From Octopus vulgaris (Eukaryota), in NCBI GenBank assembly GCA_951406725.2, contig OX597837.1, forward strand, positions 21,080,001 through 21,144,000: a stretch of DNA of 64,000 nt, written 5' to 3'. A program made the position numbers and the translations under genes. The notes below the pieces were generated by a model. That model worked only from the letters and a program-made list of their open reading frames with translations. It searched no databases and was not told where the DNA came from. Position 1 is the stretch's first letter. Every line of letters begins with the position of its first letter. Positions 54,650 through 64,000 of this stretch are shown in pieces.

Positions 54650-56460
54650 TGTTAAGCTCCGGGTCATCCCTGGTTGAAACAGACTTATGATTCCGGTCCT
54701 GAACATTCCCCCACTTTCACCCCCCAAGCACAGTGCACCTATAACCAACCATAATATCCCACTGTTGACTGCTGCGGTTCCAATTTTTGTTGGCCCTGAT
54801 AGAGCAGATTAACGATTAAAGGCGTCTCGGTTCTGAGGGTAGTGTGTGGTTTGAGTGAGATTTTCCTACTGTTTCTAGCAGAGTGAGTGACCATATAATG
54901 GCTTCTTTCCTTGGTTCGTTAAAACTGCCTTTGATGTTCGGCCGAAAGTCAGTCCTGATCAAAAGTGCTCCGGCTGAGACCATCCCATCAGTTGGTATAA
55001 AGATAAACTTACCCAGTGTACCTTCCCTACTTTTAAGACGAGTGTATGAGTTAAGAGAAGTTTGGCTGCTATTTTTTGAAGGTCGAATTATGACGTAGAA
55101 GCTGAGTTGTTGGGCTCTAGTTACGTGGTTGTTTAACCCCAAATCTAAGAGCAGATTTATGATCAAAAGCGTTCCACTTTGTCCTTCTCTTGGGCATTAT
55201 ATTTCCAGGACTAAAATATCTAACATGTCCTTTCCTTTTCATGCGTAATTTAAAAGAAACTTAATTGCTATTTCTAGCAGATCAAACAACCGGATAGAGG
55301 ACCCCCGCGTGGGCGGTAGGGGTGGGTTGTATGCAGTATCTGAAATGGAGATTTATGCCAAGGCGTTTCACTTTGTCCTCTTGGACATTACATTTCCAGG
55401 AGTCCTTTCCCTTTTTTCATATGTAATTTGAGGGAAACTTAATAGCTATTTCTAGCAGATCAAACGACCAGGTAGAGGACCCAACGGGCTGGGCTGTATT
55501 ATAGTCTGAAAAATGGAAATTTACGCCGAGAATGAGTTGGAAGCTTGAGAAGACCAGTGGAGATTATCTAAGCGAGTCGGTTCTGACGTGTACAAAAACA
55601 CGACAATACCATCACAAAATCATAACACAGCACCACAGCAGTCACCTGGCGTTGGATACCTCCACCCAACAAACCGATCAACAAAACACCCACGCCCGCT
55701 TCTCGAACGAATTTTCCCACTGACTTAATAAATGTGGCCTTCATCGCACGGACCACCGCCAGTTTACACCGCAACCCGTATAAAATAAAACCCAAAGATA
55801 AATAAGAATGGTTGATTTTTTTCATACAAGGAAAAAAATTAAATGAAATAAATAAAACAAGTAGTTTAAGATGCATCAACAAGCACTGAGCGGTTGTTTT
55901 TGTTGAGCCCCTCAGCAGGTCGACCCTGACTGAGCAGACCTTATATTGAAATTCAGTCCTCTTTGACGTGTCACCGTTTTTTAAAGAAGGTAAGGTGTGA
56001 TCTGAGAGAAATCTAGCTGCTATTTTTAGCAGGTTGAATAAACATTTACAAGCTTTCTTGTTAGCAAGACAAACACTTTTTCTATTGTTACTCAGTTTGT
56101 TCCCTAGATCAACCCAGACCTTATAGTCGAAAGTGTTCCAGCTGTGACCATACCGGTTTCTTTTTGTCTTTTTTTTTTTTTGGTGGGGGTACTTAAAACA
56201 CCATTGCCCAATGTACCATGTTTCTTTCGTAAGACACTAAACCAGTCACGGGCAACCTGCGGCCTGGGGGCTTTCTGAATACCACTCCTAACGAAAAACT
56301 ACTTTGAATTATATTTTTGCGGTGCGGCCCGCCTAATGATAAATCATGTCTAATACGGCCCGCTTCTCGAAAAAGTTGCCCGTGTCTGTACTATGATATG
56401 ATTTGAGAGACATCTGGCTGTTATTTCTAGCAGATCTTCCGACCACGACCACAATCTCTC
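54650..56460 (+). repeat. Dense cluster of an abundant unclassified repeat (family F: ...GATCAAAGGCATTCCAGC.GTGACCATCCC...GCTGCTATTTCTAGCAGGTCG...)
   Basis: The same motifs recur many times here and at about 17190, 24520, 25580, 38410, 47060, 48440, 52640 and 58790, with reverse copies at 42240-42580 and 48970-49135. Confidence 0.7.
56243..56388. mobile_element. Small hAT-like MITE (146 bp)
   Basis: TIRs CAGTCACGGGCAAC / GTTGCCCGTGTCTG, with internal GCGGCCCG motifs typical of Charlie-type MITEs. Confidence 0.75.
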
Positions 56461-57286
56461 TCCCTCCTTCTCGCTGGCTCTACAAATACTGTCATTATTT
56501 ATTGTCGGCCGATTTTAAGGAATAACTAAGACATTTTTATGTATAATAATAAAACTGTCAACAATTGTAAAATACGAGGATGTCAATTAGCTATTTCCAT
56601 GTTTCTGTTGTTACTTTTACACGAATTACCGTGAGAGTTTGTGAATAATAAATTATTTCCTAAAGTTTAAACACTGACACATCAAGAACTATTTTAAAAT
56701 ATGGGTTTGTTAACCTTCAGATTTCTTTAATAGGTTTGTTATTTGAAGTGGGGATTGCTTGGAGGTCCTTTGGAGAGGATGTTTACATCTGATTTCTTTA
56801 TGTACATTCCATATTTCAAATGATTAAGAAAATATTATTCTTTTCCATTTATGAACAAACGTAAGAGCATCATGGGGTGTTTTTGCTTTTATTTCGGCGG
56901 AAGGGTTTAACATTTACTAAACAAAATTCCAGTCAAATATTGGAACCTGATTTTAATATTATTAATAAAGCATCCTAGATGCGAATGGAATAAAATATTC
57001 AATTGGTTATCGTCAACACAAAGGAATAAACACTTCGAAAACTCAGTGGAGACATAGAGTAAAAGACTTGGAAGAAGAGGTCGAAGTGGTTTACGTTTCG
57101 TTCAGTTTTCTCTTTTGTTTTTTGTTTTTTTGTTGTTGTTGTTTTTCTGTTCAGAACCCAAAAAAGACCGACAAATCAATTAATTCTAAGTCAACTGAAA
57201 TATTATTTACTGTTTCTGCTGCCTGTGAATTAGTCGTACACATATTTATACACACACACACGTCTCAAAAGTAAATACCCCTCATT

Positions 57287-57379
57287 ATGTGTACATATTT
57301 ATACATATACGAGCACATATGTATACACATATATATATATACACACATACATATGTGTGTATATATATATGTGTATATA

Positions 57380-57426
<47 letters not shown>

Positions 57427-57460
57427 ATATGTGTATATATATATATACACACACACATAC

Positions 57461-57505
<45 letters not shown>

Positions 57506-57765
57506 TATATATATATATATACACATACATATGTATATACATGTATACGTTTGTATATACATATATACGTTTGTATATACATATATACGTTTGTATATAC
57601 ATACACACGTTTGTATATACATACACACATACATATGTATATACATATACATATATACATTATGTATGTATATATACACATGTGTATATATATACATATG
57701 TATAAATACATATATGTGTGTGTGTATATATATACATATGTATAAATACATGTGTGTGTGTGTAT
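57287..57765. repeat. Compound (TA)/(CA)/(TG) microsatellite array with an embedded 20-bp tandem unit
   Basis: About 480 bp of alternating purine-pyrimidine sequence. TTGTATATACATATATACGT occurs about 4 times at 57545-57625. Confidence 0.95.
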
Positions 57766-57813
57766 AATATAGCAATATAGTGTAATATAAACAATAGTGT
57801 AGCAGACACTTAC

Positions 57814-58007
57814 CTTCCAGGCACTGGTGTTATTGTACTTTTTTTCCAAAATCCTTGTTTGTTGTAGTTTGTTGTTGTGGCCTTTGGAGAGGCGACGGAG
57901 GCTGAGTGAAAGACGGGGTGGTTGCCGTTGTTGTTATCGTTGTTGTCGTTGGCAGCAGCGGTGGCGGTGGTGGAGGTGGGCAAAGCAGAAGGACCACAAG
58001 TGGACAT
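57814..58007 (-). CDS. TBC1D22: TBC1 domain family member 22 (TBC1D22A/B orthologue), coding exon 1
   Basis: ATG at 58007. Encodes [11 protein letters not shown]...[16 protein letters not shown], matching the TBC1D22 N-terminal 'KQFWK...PG' motif. Ends AG|GTAAGT (phase 2). Confidence 0.88.
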
Positions 58008-58080
58008 AACTAGCCGAGAATATATCGGGAAAGGGGAGAAGAAGAAGTGGAAATATACATATGTATAAAACTAGAAAATA

Positions 58081-58176
58081 AATATAGTGTAATATAAACA
58101 ATAGTGTAGCAGACACTTACCTTCCAGGTCACTGGTGTTATTGTACTTTTTTTCCAAAATCCTTGTTTGTTGTAGT
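58081..58176 (-). repeat. Duplicate of the exon-1 3' end, donor and intron start (copy of 57774-57868)
   Basis: 96 vs 95 bp, identical except one inserted T (AGGTCACT vs AGGCACT). Confidence 0.9.
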
Positions 58177-58579
58177 GTTTTGTGGGGAGGGGCTCTATTT
58201 TGCTTCCCTTTTTTTTGTGTTTTGTATCTGGATTTGCTTCACCGAAACGGTGAAATCTGTTATATATAAACAATAAACAATAAACAGTATTTGCTAAGGA
58301 AGGAACGAAGGAGAAGAACCAAAACAGTTCGCTAGAAGAAGAGGAGGCGGTGTCTTTTCGGCCGTCCACGGCTCGACACCTCAACGATAACAAATCGCCC
58401 AGGTTTCCTAAATTCCTGCAAATTATGCAAGGAGTTCGCTAAAATAAAGTTACTACTGCTTTTTCCCACTGGTTTCGTTGCTTTAAACAACAACTCAGTT
58501 ATCCAAGCAACTTTCCTGCTAAGCCAATATGTTTTTTTGTTATTAATTATTGTGTGTTTTGCTGTCAATAAGGATGACG

Positions 58580-58650
58580 TGCTCGGCTGCCGGAAACCCG
58601 TGGAAACTCAAAGATGGCTGATTGCGCTGCCGGTGCGCATGCGTGAACTC
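58580..58650. promoter_or_regulatory. Putative housekeeping-type core promoter of TBC1D22
   Basis: Clustered ETS-like CCGGAA (58590), YY1-like AAGATGGC (58611) and NRF1-like TGCGCATGCG (58634-58643) in CpG-rich DNA about 600 bp upstream of the ATG. No minus-strand ATG between 58121 and 58637, consistent with a 5' UTR. Confidence 0.55.
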
Positions 58651-58696
58651 TCATGGTGCCAAATCACTTCTTTTTCTTCTTTTCTGCTTTTTTTTA

Positions 58697-59485
58697 CTTT
58701 TTTATCCGGAAAAACCAAGTTACTTTCTAGTTGCGACTTTTTCCCCCAGAATCTTCCTTTTACTTTATTGCTGTTCTTTAACCACCACAACCACTACTAA
58801 ACCTGCCACACTGAGTTAACTCTCTTACTGAATTAACCTATGAACAAAGCGCTCCAGCCGTGACCATCCCATGGTTACTAGAACTATCATCAAACTGTCT
58901 TCCGAATTTTTACAAGACGTTATGGTAGGATTCGAAACGATTAGCTGCTCTTTCTAGCAGGTCGGACGCCCATTTTTTTATCCGGAAAAACCAAGTTACT
59001 TTCTTGTTGCGACTTTTTCCCCCAGAATCTTCCTTTTAGTTTATCGTTGTTCTTTAACCACCACAACCACTACTAAACCTTCCACGCTGAGTTAACTCTC
59101 TTACTGAATTAACCTATGATCAAAGCGCTCCAGCCGTGACCATCCCATGGTTACTTGAACTATCATCAAATTTTCTTCCGAATTTTTACAAGACGTTATG
59201 GTAGGATTCGAAACGATTAGCTGCTCTTTCTAGCAGGTCGGACGCCCATTTTTCAAAATGTTATGGCAGAGTTTGAAAGGATTAGCTGCTCTTTAGCGCT
59301 CCAGCCGTGACCATCCCATGGTTACTAGAACTATCATCAAATTGTCTTCCGAATTTTTACAAGACGTTATGGTAGGATTCGAAACGATTAGCTGCTCTTT
59401 CTAGCAGGTCGGACGCCCATTTTTCAAAATGTTATGGTAGAGTTTGAAAGGATTAGCTGCTCTTTCTAGCAGGTCGGATGTCCAT
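58697..59485 (+). repeat. Nested recent tandem duplications upstream of the promoter
   Basis: A 276-bp unit is repeated (TCCGGAAAAACC at 58705 and 58981), followed by a third partial copy from about 59295 (AGCGCTCCAGCCGTGACC). Confidence 0.9.
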
Positions 59486-60276
59486 GTATAATAGTTTCTA
59501 CGCTTGAAATTTTAGGGAGAGGAGTTAGTCGACCACATTGACACCACCACTTGACTTGCACCTATTTTATTAACTTTGAAAAGATAAAACGCAACGTCGA
59601 CCTCGGCGGAATTTGAACTCAGAATGCTAAGACGGACGGGAAAAATAGGCTGTGCGGTAACGATTCTGCCAGCTTGCCGCCTTATACACTAACGTACAAT
59701 ACTTTCTGCTATAGGCACAAGGCTTGAAATTTTTTTAGAGGGGTTAGTCGACTACATAGACCCCCCCAGTGCTTAACTTGATAGCTTAGTTTATCGATTA
59801 CGAAAGGATGACAAGCAAAGTCGAGTTCGGCCGGATTTGAACTCAGAACATAAAGACGAACGAAATGCTGCTGAACATTTCGCCTGGAACGATAACGATT
59901 CTGCCAGCGCTGCCTCTTTCGCCCACGTACATATGCAATGCCAAATCAAGAACGCTTCCCCGAATTTTAAAAACATACGGGAATTATTGCTCAACGCTAG
60001 ACTTGTGAATGATTATTTATTCCATTTCCTCGACTGTTCAAATACTTTATCTTTCTTTTGTTCAAGTCATTGGACTGTGGCCATGCTGGAGCACCCCCTT
60101 AAAGGGCATAATGGAACAAATTACACTCGCCGCCAGCTCCACCAATACAATTTGTTTAAGCCTGATACTAATTCTCTTTTTACCTAAGCACTATGTTACG
60201 TAAACAAACCAACACTGATTCTCAAGCATTGGTGGTGATGGTGAGACACACACACACACACACACACACACATTTA

Positions 60277-62892
60277 CGGAGTGTTCGGGCTAAATTTGAC
60301 TGTTTTTATGTCTCCTTTCTTCGGACACAGCTTGATGTATCGATAAACGGTCGACGGCGTTAGAGAGCATAAAGATTGGAGTTGTAGTTGAGAAAAATTT
60401 AGTTGTAATGGGTGACTGGAAGCCATCTGAATACTGAAAAGGAGTTACCTGTATCATGATATAACAAAATGCCGACGTCATGGTTGCTGCTCAATGCTCT
60501 GTGAATACTGTAAAGGCTGTGAGATGTGACATGAAGAGCTGCAACATAGAGTACATAGTCGTGGCCAGCAGAGAGGCCCATAAAAGGCATTTTGTACTGC
60601 ATCCACACACCACAATTAATCCAACAACTGCAGGGCAAGGTGATGGAAAATCTGAGGAAGGTGACTGTAGGTTTTGATACAAGAGATTGGTGTTGAAGTT
60701 GCCACAATGGAGCTGGCCTTGAAAGAGGAGGACCTTTGCTAAACTTGTACAAGAAGCACAAAGAACAAATTCTGACCGCCAAGGCCAAGGAGAACTATTT
60801 TACAAAGGTAAAGAAGCTCCTGGACAAGATGGGGTATCCTGTTGAGCTGGGGATGATCTGATTCTTCTTAGATGAAAAGAACTTTTGCCAAGACCAGTTG
60901 CACAACACACAGAACTACTGGTGGCTTGCTTGCAATCCATGTGATGTCCCATGTATCATGAAAACCAAGTTTGCCCAGACCGTGAGGGTCTGTGGGTGTT
61001 TCTCCAGTGAGGTTAATGTCATATTGCCCCTCATCTTTGAACAGAGCCCTAAGCTTAATTCAGATGGCCATGTGAAGCTGCTGGAATCCCTTATAAATTT
61101 TCTTGAGAGAAATATTCTCGATTGTTGACAGGGCTGGCTGAAGGTACCAGCAATTCAAGCAGTTGCTTAGGTGCCATGTGGTTATGGATGCCTTGTCATG
61201 AAACTGAGATATTCCCTGAAGTATACATTTTCTTTCCCAAGCTTAAAAAGACCTATCCTCCACAACAGTGGTAGTAGACTGGAACAGAGTAGCAGTCGGA
61301 GTGTTGAGTAGAAGGCATCCGAACATGCGACATAACAGTGGCAATAAGGATTTCGCAGCTCACACAGCCACTGTGTAGTACTGCGACATAACAGTTACAC
61401 AATAGACTTTCATAACTATTAGCCAAACCTTTTCAATTCCTACTTGTTTCAGCTTGTGGACGGCCTGCCTGCATGTGCCTCACTCTTCACTGAGGTGCAG
61501 TCCTGTTTGAAGTGGTTGTACCACTCCTTGATCTGAATTTTGTTCATGGCATCATTGTCAAATGTCTGCTGAATCTTCTTGAAGGTTTCAGCTTGAGCAT
61601 CACCAAGCTTTTGGCAAAAATTGAGGCATTTGGTGAAAACAAAAACCCAACGAGCATACAGTACACACGTGTGCTCTAGGTGTAACAGCTGGGAGCTGAC
61701 ATGGCCTACTGGTATGAAAATTTTAATGCATGCACAGGAATTGTGATGTCACCTCCTTAAGGATTTGCTCGTGCAGAATTAGTTTTGGTAGAGAAAATAA
61801 AAGCAGTCAGATACTTTTTGAACACACCTCGTATATATATAATTCTTCTGCTGTTTTAATGGTGAAACTGCTTTTGTAATATCACTTTCTTGTCTGTATT
61901 ATATGACACACATTCGTCGCTTCTAATAAATCAAATGTAAGTTTTTTTATATACACATGTGGTTGTTACATACATAATATGTGTGTGTGTGTGTGTGTGT
62001 ACAAATAACATGGAAAAAATAAATAGATAGTTATCAGGGTAGCAAAAAATACACATATGTACGAAGGATGTTACAGCCTACTTAAAAATTAGAAATTCCA
62101 GGGTTTAGTGAAATGTTTTTGTCTAACAGATAAAGAAATGGTGTTAAATGCAGGTGTTATTCAAATCTTTATACTTCCGACATATGTTTCGAAGAAAACA
62201 TTGGTATTATTCCCTCCGGGAATAATACCCAGAATGTTCAGGTTAAAGTTGTAATTGAGAAAAAGTAAAAGAGGATTGTAAGTCATCTGAAAATGGGAAA
62301 AGAGTTACCTGTATCATGATGATTCAGACCAGGTATCAAAATTACAACATCATGTTTAGACAAAATGCAATGTGAACACTGTTAAGGCTGTAAGATGTGA
62401 CATGGACAGCTGCAAAGGAGACTACAAAGCCATGGCCAACAGGAAGGGACACAGCAGGAATTCAGACTACATCTGCACGTCAGAGCTCACTTTGGTCAAT
62501 CTCTGGCTGGGAGGGTTACAGCTGGAAGGCCATATGTGTAGAAGCAGGATTTGGTTCCTTGCCATACCTTTATGTATTACTGTGTCTGAGATGAGGTTGA
62601 GAAAGACACCAACTGCTCTGCTCTGCTTGCAATACCAAGGCCAAACTGCTGGCCCAGATGAAGCAGGTGTTCAAAGATCTTCCCAGGAATACAGTGAGCA
62701 ATGCATGTGCCAGGTTCCAGTGCCACCTTAAAGCCATGGTGGAAACTGTGGGTGGCTATTTCGAGTAAACTGTTATCTCCCTGCAATAATCTAGTTGATA
62801 TTTTCTTATTTTTTAAAACACTTTTATTTTTAAATGGGATATTGCTTTCTTTTCCTTTTATGCAAACTGTCAAATTTAGCCCAAACACCCTG
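60277..62892 (+). mobile_element. Composite Tc1/mariner-superfamily (maT/DD37D-like) locus bounded by inverted repeats, with nested inserts
   Basis: 29-bp inverted termini CGGAGTGTTCGGGCTAAATTTGACTGTTT / AAACTGTCAAATTTAGCCCAAACACCCTG (4 mismatches). Decayed 'FLDEKNF...HNTQNYWWLA...MKTKF' and C-terminal 'ACARF..HLKAMVETVGGYFE*'. Segment 60430-60580 recurs at 62290-62450. Confidence 0.75.
61430..61833 (-). mobile_element. Mariner 5' fragment nested in the maT-like locus
   Basis: Minus strand 'FCQKLGDAQAETFKKIQQTF...EWYNHFKQ...GRPST'. TIR-like TA-CGAGGTGTGTTCAAAAAGTATC. Confidence 0.75.
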
Positions 62893-63344
62893 TGTGTGTG
62901 TGTGTGTATGTGTGCATATATATGTGTGTATATATATGTTCTTGTCTTGGCACTGGGTCACCAATTTGTGAATGTAAGGCCTGCTGGGAATAATAGTGGC
63001 TGCATGTTAGGAAATGAGGGGTCACCAGTGTAGTGAACGACTATACGGCGTTTAAAAAGGGAAACATTTCTGTCACCAACTCCTTTACATATGGTTGTTC
63101 ATGACAAACATTTTCTAAGATATGAACGAAATATTAATTTTCAGACGTTACATAAATATGTACACCCTAAAGGAAATTTGCTATATTCAATATTTTATCC
63201 CCTTCTTTTACTAAATTCACATACTGCTGTTAATTTCAATTCTAATAAATTATTTCTCCTGGCATTTTTGCACCTGTCATTTTTATTGCATCTGCCAGAA
63301 ATTTGATTTGTGTACCATGGTGAGATTATTCTGCATTGTGATTA

Positions 63345-63735
63345 AAATGACACCAAAAGGAATTGTCTGAAGATTTGAAGAAAATTATTTTCACTTTGCA
63401 CAAGAATGGTTTAGGATACAAGTTAACTGGCAAACGAATACATATTAGCATAAACACAGATGTTGCGTGACGGAGACATCGTACAGCTTTATCTTTGGCC
63501 CAAGAAGTGTCTTCTGTTAGTGGAAAGAGTGTATCCGCCCAAACAGTTTGCCAAAGTTTGAACCAGTGTGGTCTTCATGGACGCATTCCTCGTAGAAAGT
63601 CTCTCCTCACTACCAGGCATAAACCAAGTCATCTTTCCTTTGCTGAAACCTATGTGAGAAAGAGGAAGGAGTTTGGGAACAAAATTGTTTTTATCTGACG
63701 AGACTAAAATCAATTCGTTTGGGTCAGATGGTAGA
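63345..63735 (+). mobile_element. Decayed Tc1 transposase fragment
   Basis: 'VSAQTVCQSLNQCGLHGRIPRRKSLLTTRHK..HLSFA' then, after a frameshift, 'SDETKINSFGSDG'. Confidence 0.85.
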
Positions 63736-64000
63736 CCTTTGGAAGTATGCTGTGCGTGGGAAGACCCGGCAGGACAAGTGAGACCATAACCTGTGGCCTC
63801 CACCTGGGATGTAGCCAGTCGACTTATGCATACCTTTCCTTCTTGGGACACAAAACTCTACTTGTGAAGACCTGTTGAGGCAAGTAAAAATCAAAATCGA
63901 AATCAATCAACATCAATGGAAATTGTAACTGTGATACCAGTGCCGATGGCACATAAGAGAATTATCTGAACGTGGCCGTTGCCAGCGCCGCCCCGACTGG

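Larger units (their letters stand above)
52880..60400. promoter_or_regulatory. CpG-retaining (putatively unmethylated) domain around exon 1
   Basis: CG dinucleotides are visibly frequent here, including inside repeat copies, and scarce over most of 1-52800. Judged by eye, not counted. Confidence 0.6.

Noticed and set aside
57265-57849. Long ORFs (up to 194 aa) rich in Y/I/H/T/C/V
   Set aside because: Translations of a dinucleotide microsatellite, open in many frames on both strands.
58010-58393. 127-aa ORF containing [13 protein letters not shown] as an alternative coding exon 1
   Set aside because: It has a non-ATG start, and the 1-nt insertion puts its donor in phase 0, incompatible with exon 2. 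Treated as a UTR duplicate.

Overview
AT-rich, microsatellite- and SINE-dense animal genomic DNA. The repeat content suggests an octopus (coleoid cephalopod); this is inference from recognised SINE families. The window holds the 5' part of one protein-coding gene on the minus strand, a TBC1D22A/B orthologue (Rab-GAP). Its four phase-compatible coding exons are 58007-57814, 13257-13204, 1525-1281 and 387-187, with introns of about 44.5 kb, 11.7 kb and 0.9 kb, and the gene continues off the left edge. A CpG-retaining promoter zone lies at about 52.9-60.4 kb. The rest is interspersed repeats: tRNA-derived SINE families, hAT/piggyBac/mariner MITEs, decayed mariner, maT-like and Tc1 transposases, RTE and CR1-like LINE fragments. 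Nearly all ORFs in the supplied track are spurious. The most notable observations are: (1) several short Penelope-like elements in (TA)n tracts carrying minimal hammerhead-ribozyme folds with non-canonical cores and a compensatory stem-I change; (2) a near-perfect duplicate of the exon-1 3' end and donor upstream of the ATG, which could create a 111-nt 5'-UTR intron that removes a uORF; (3) a candidate alternative first exon inside intron 1. Repeat boundaries are approximate and were read by eye.
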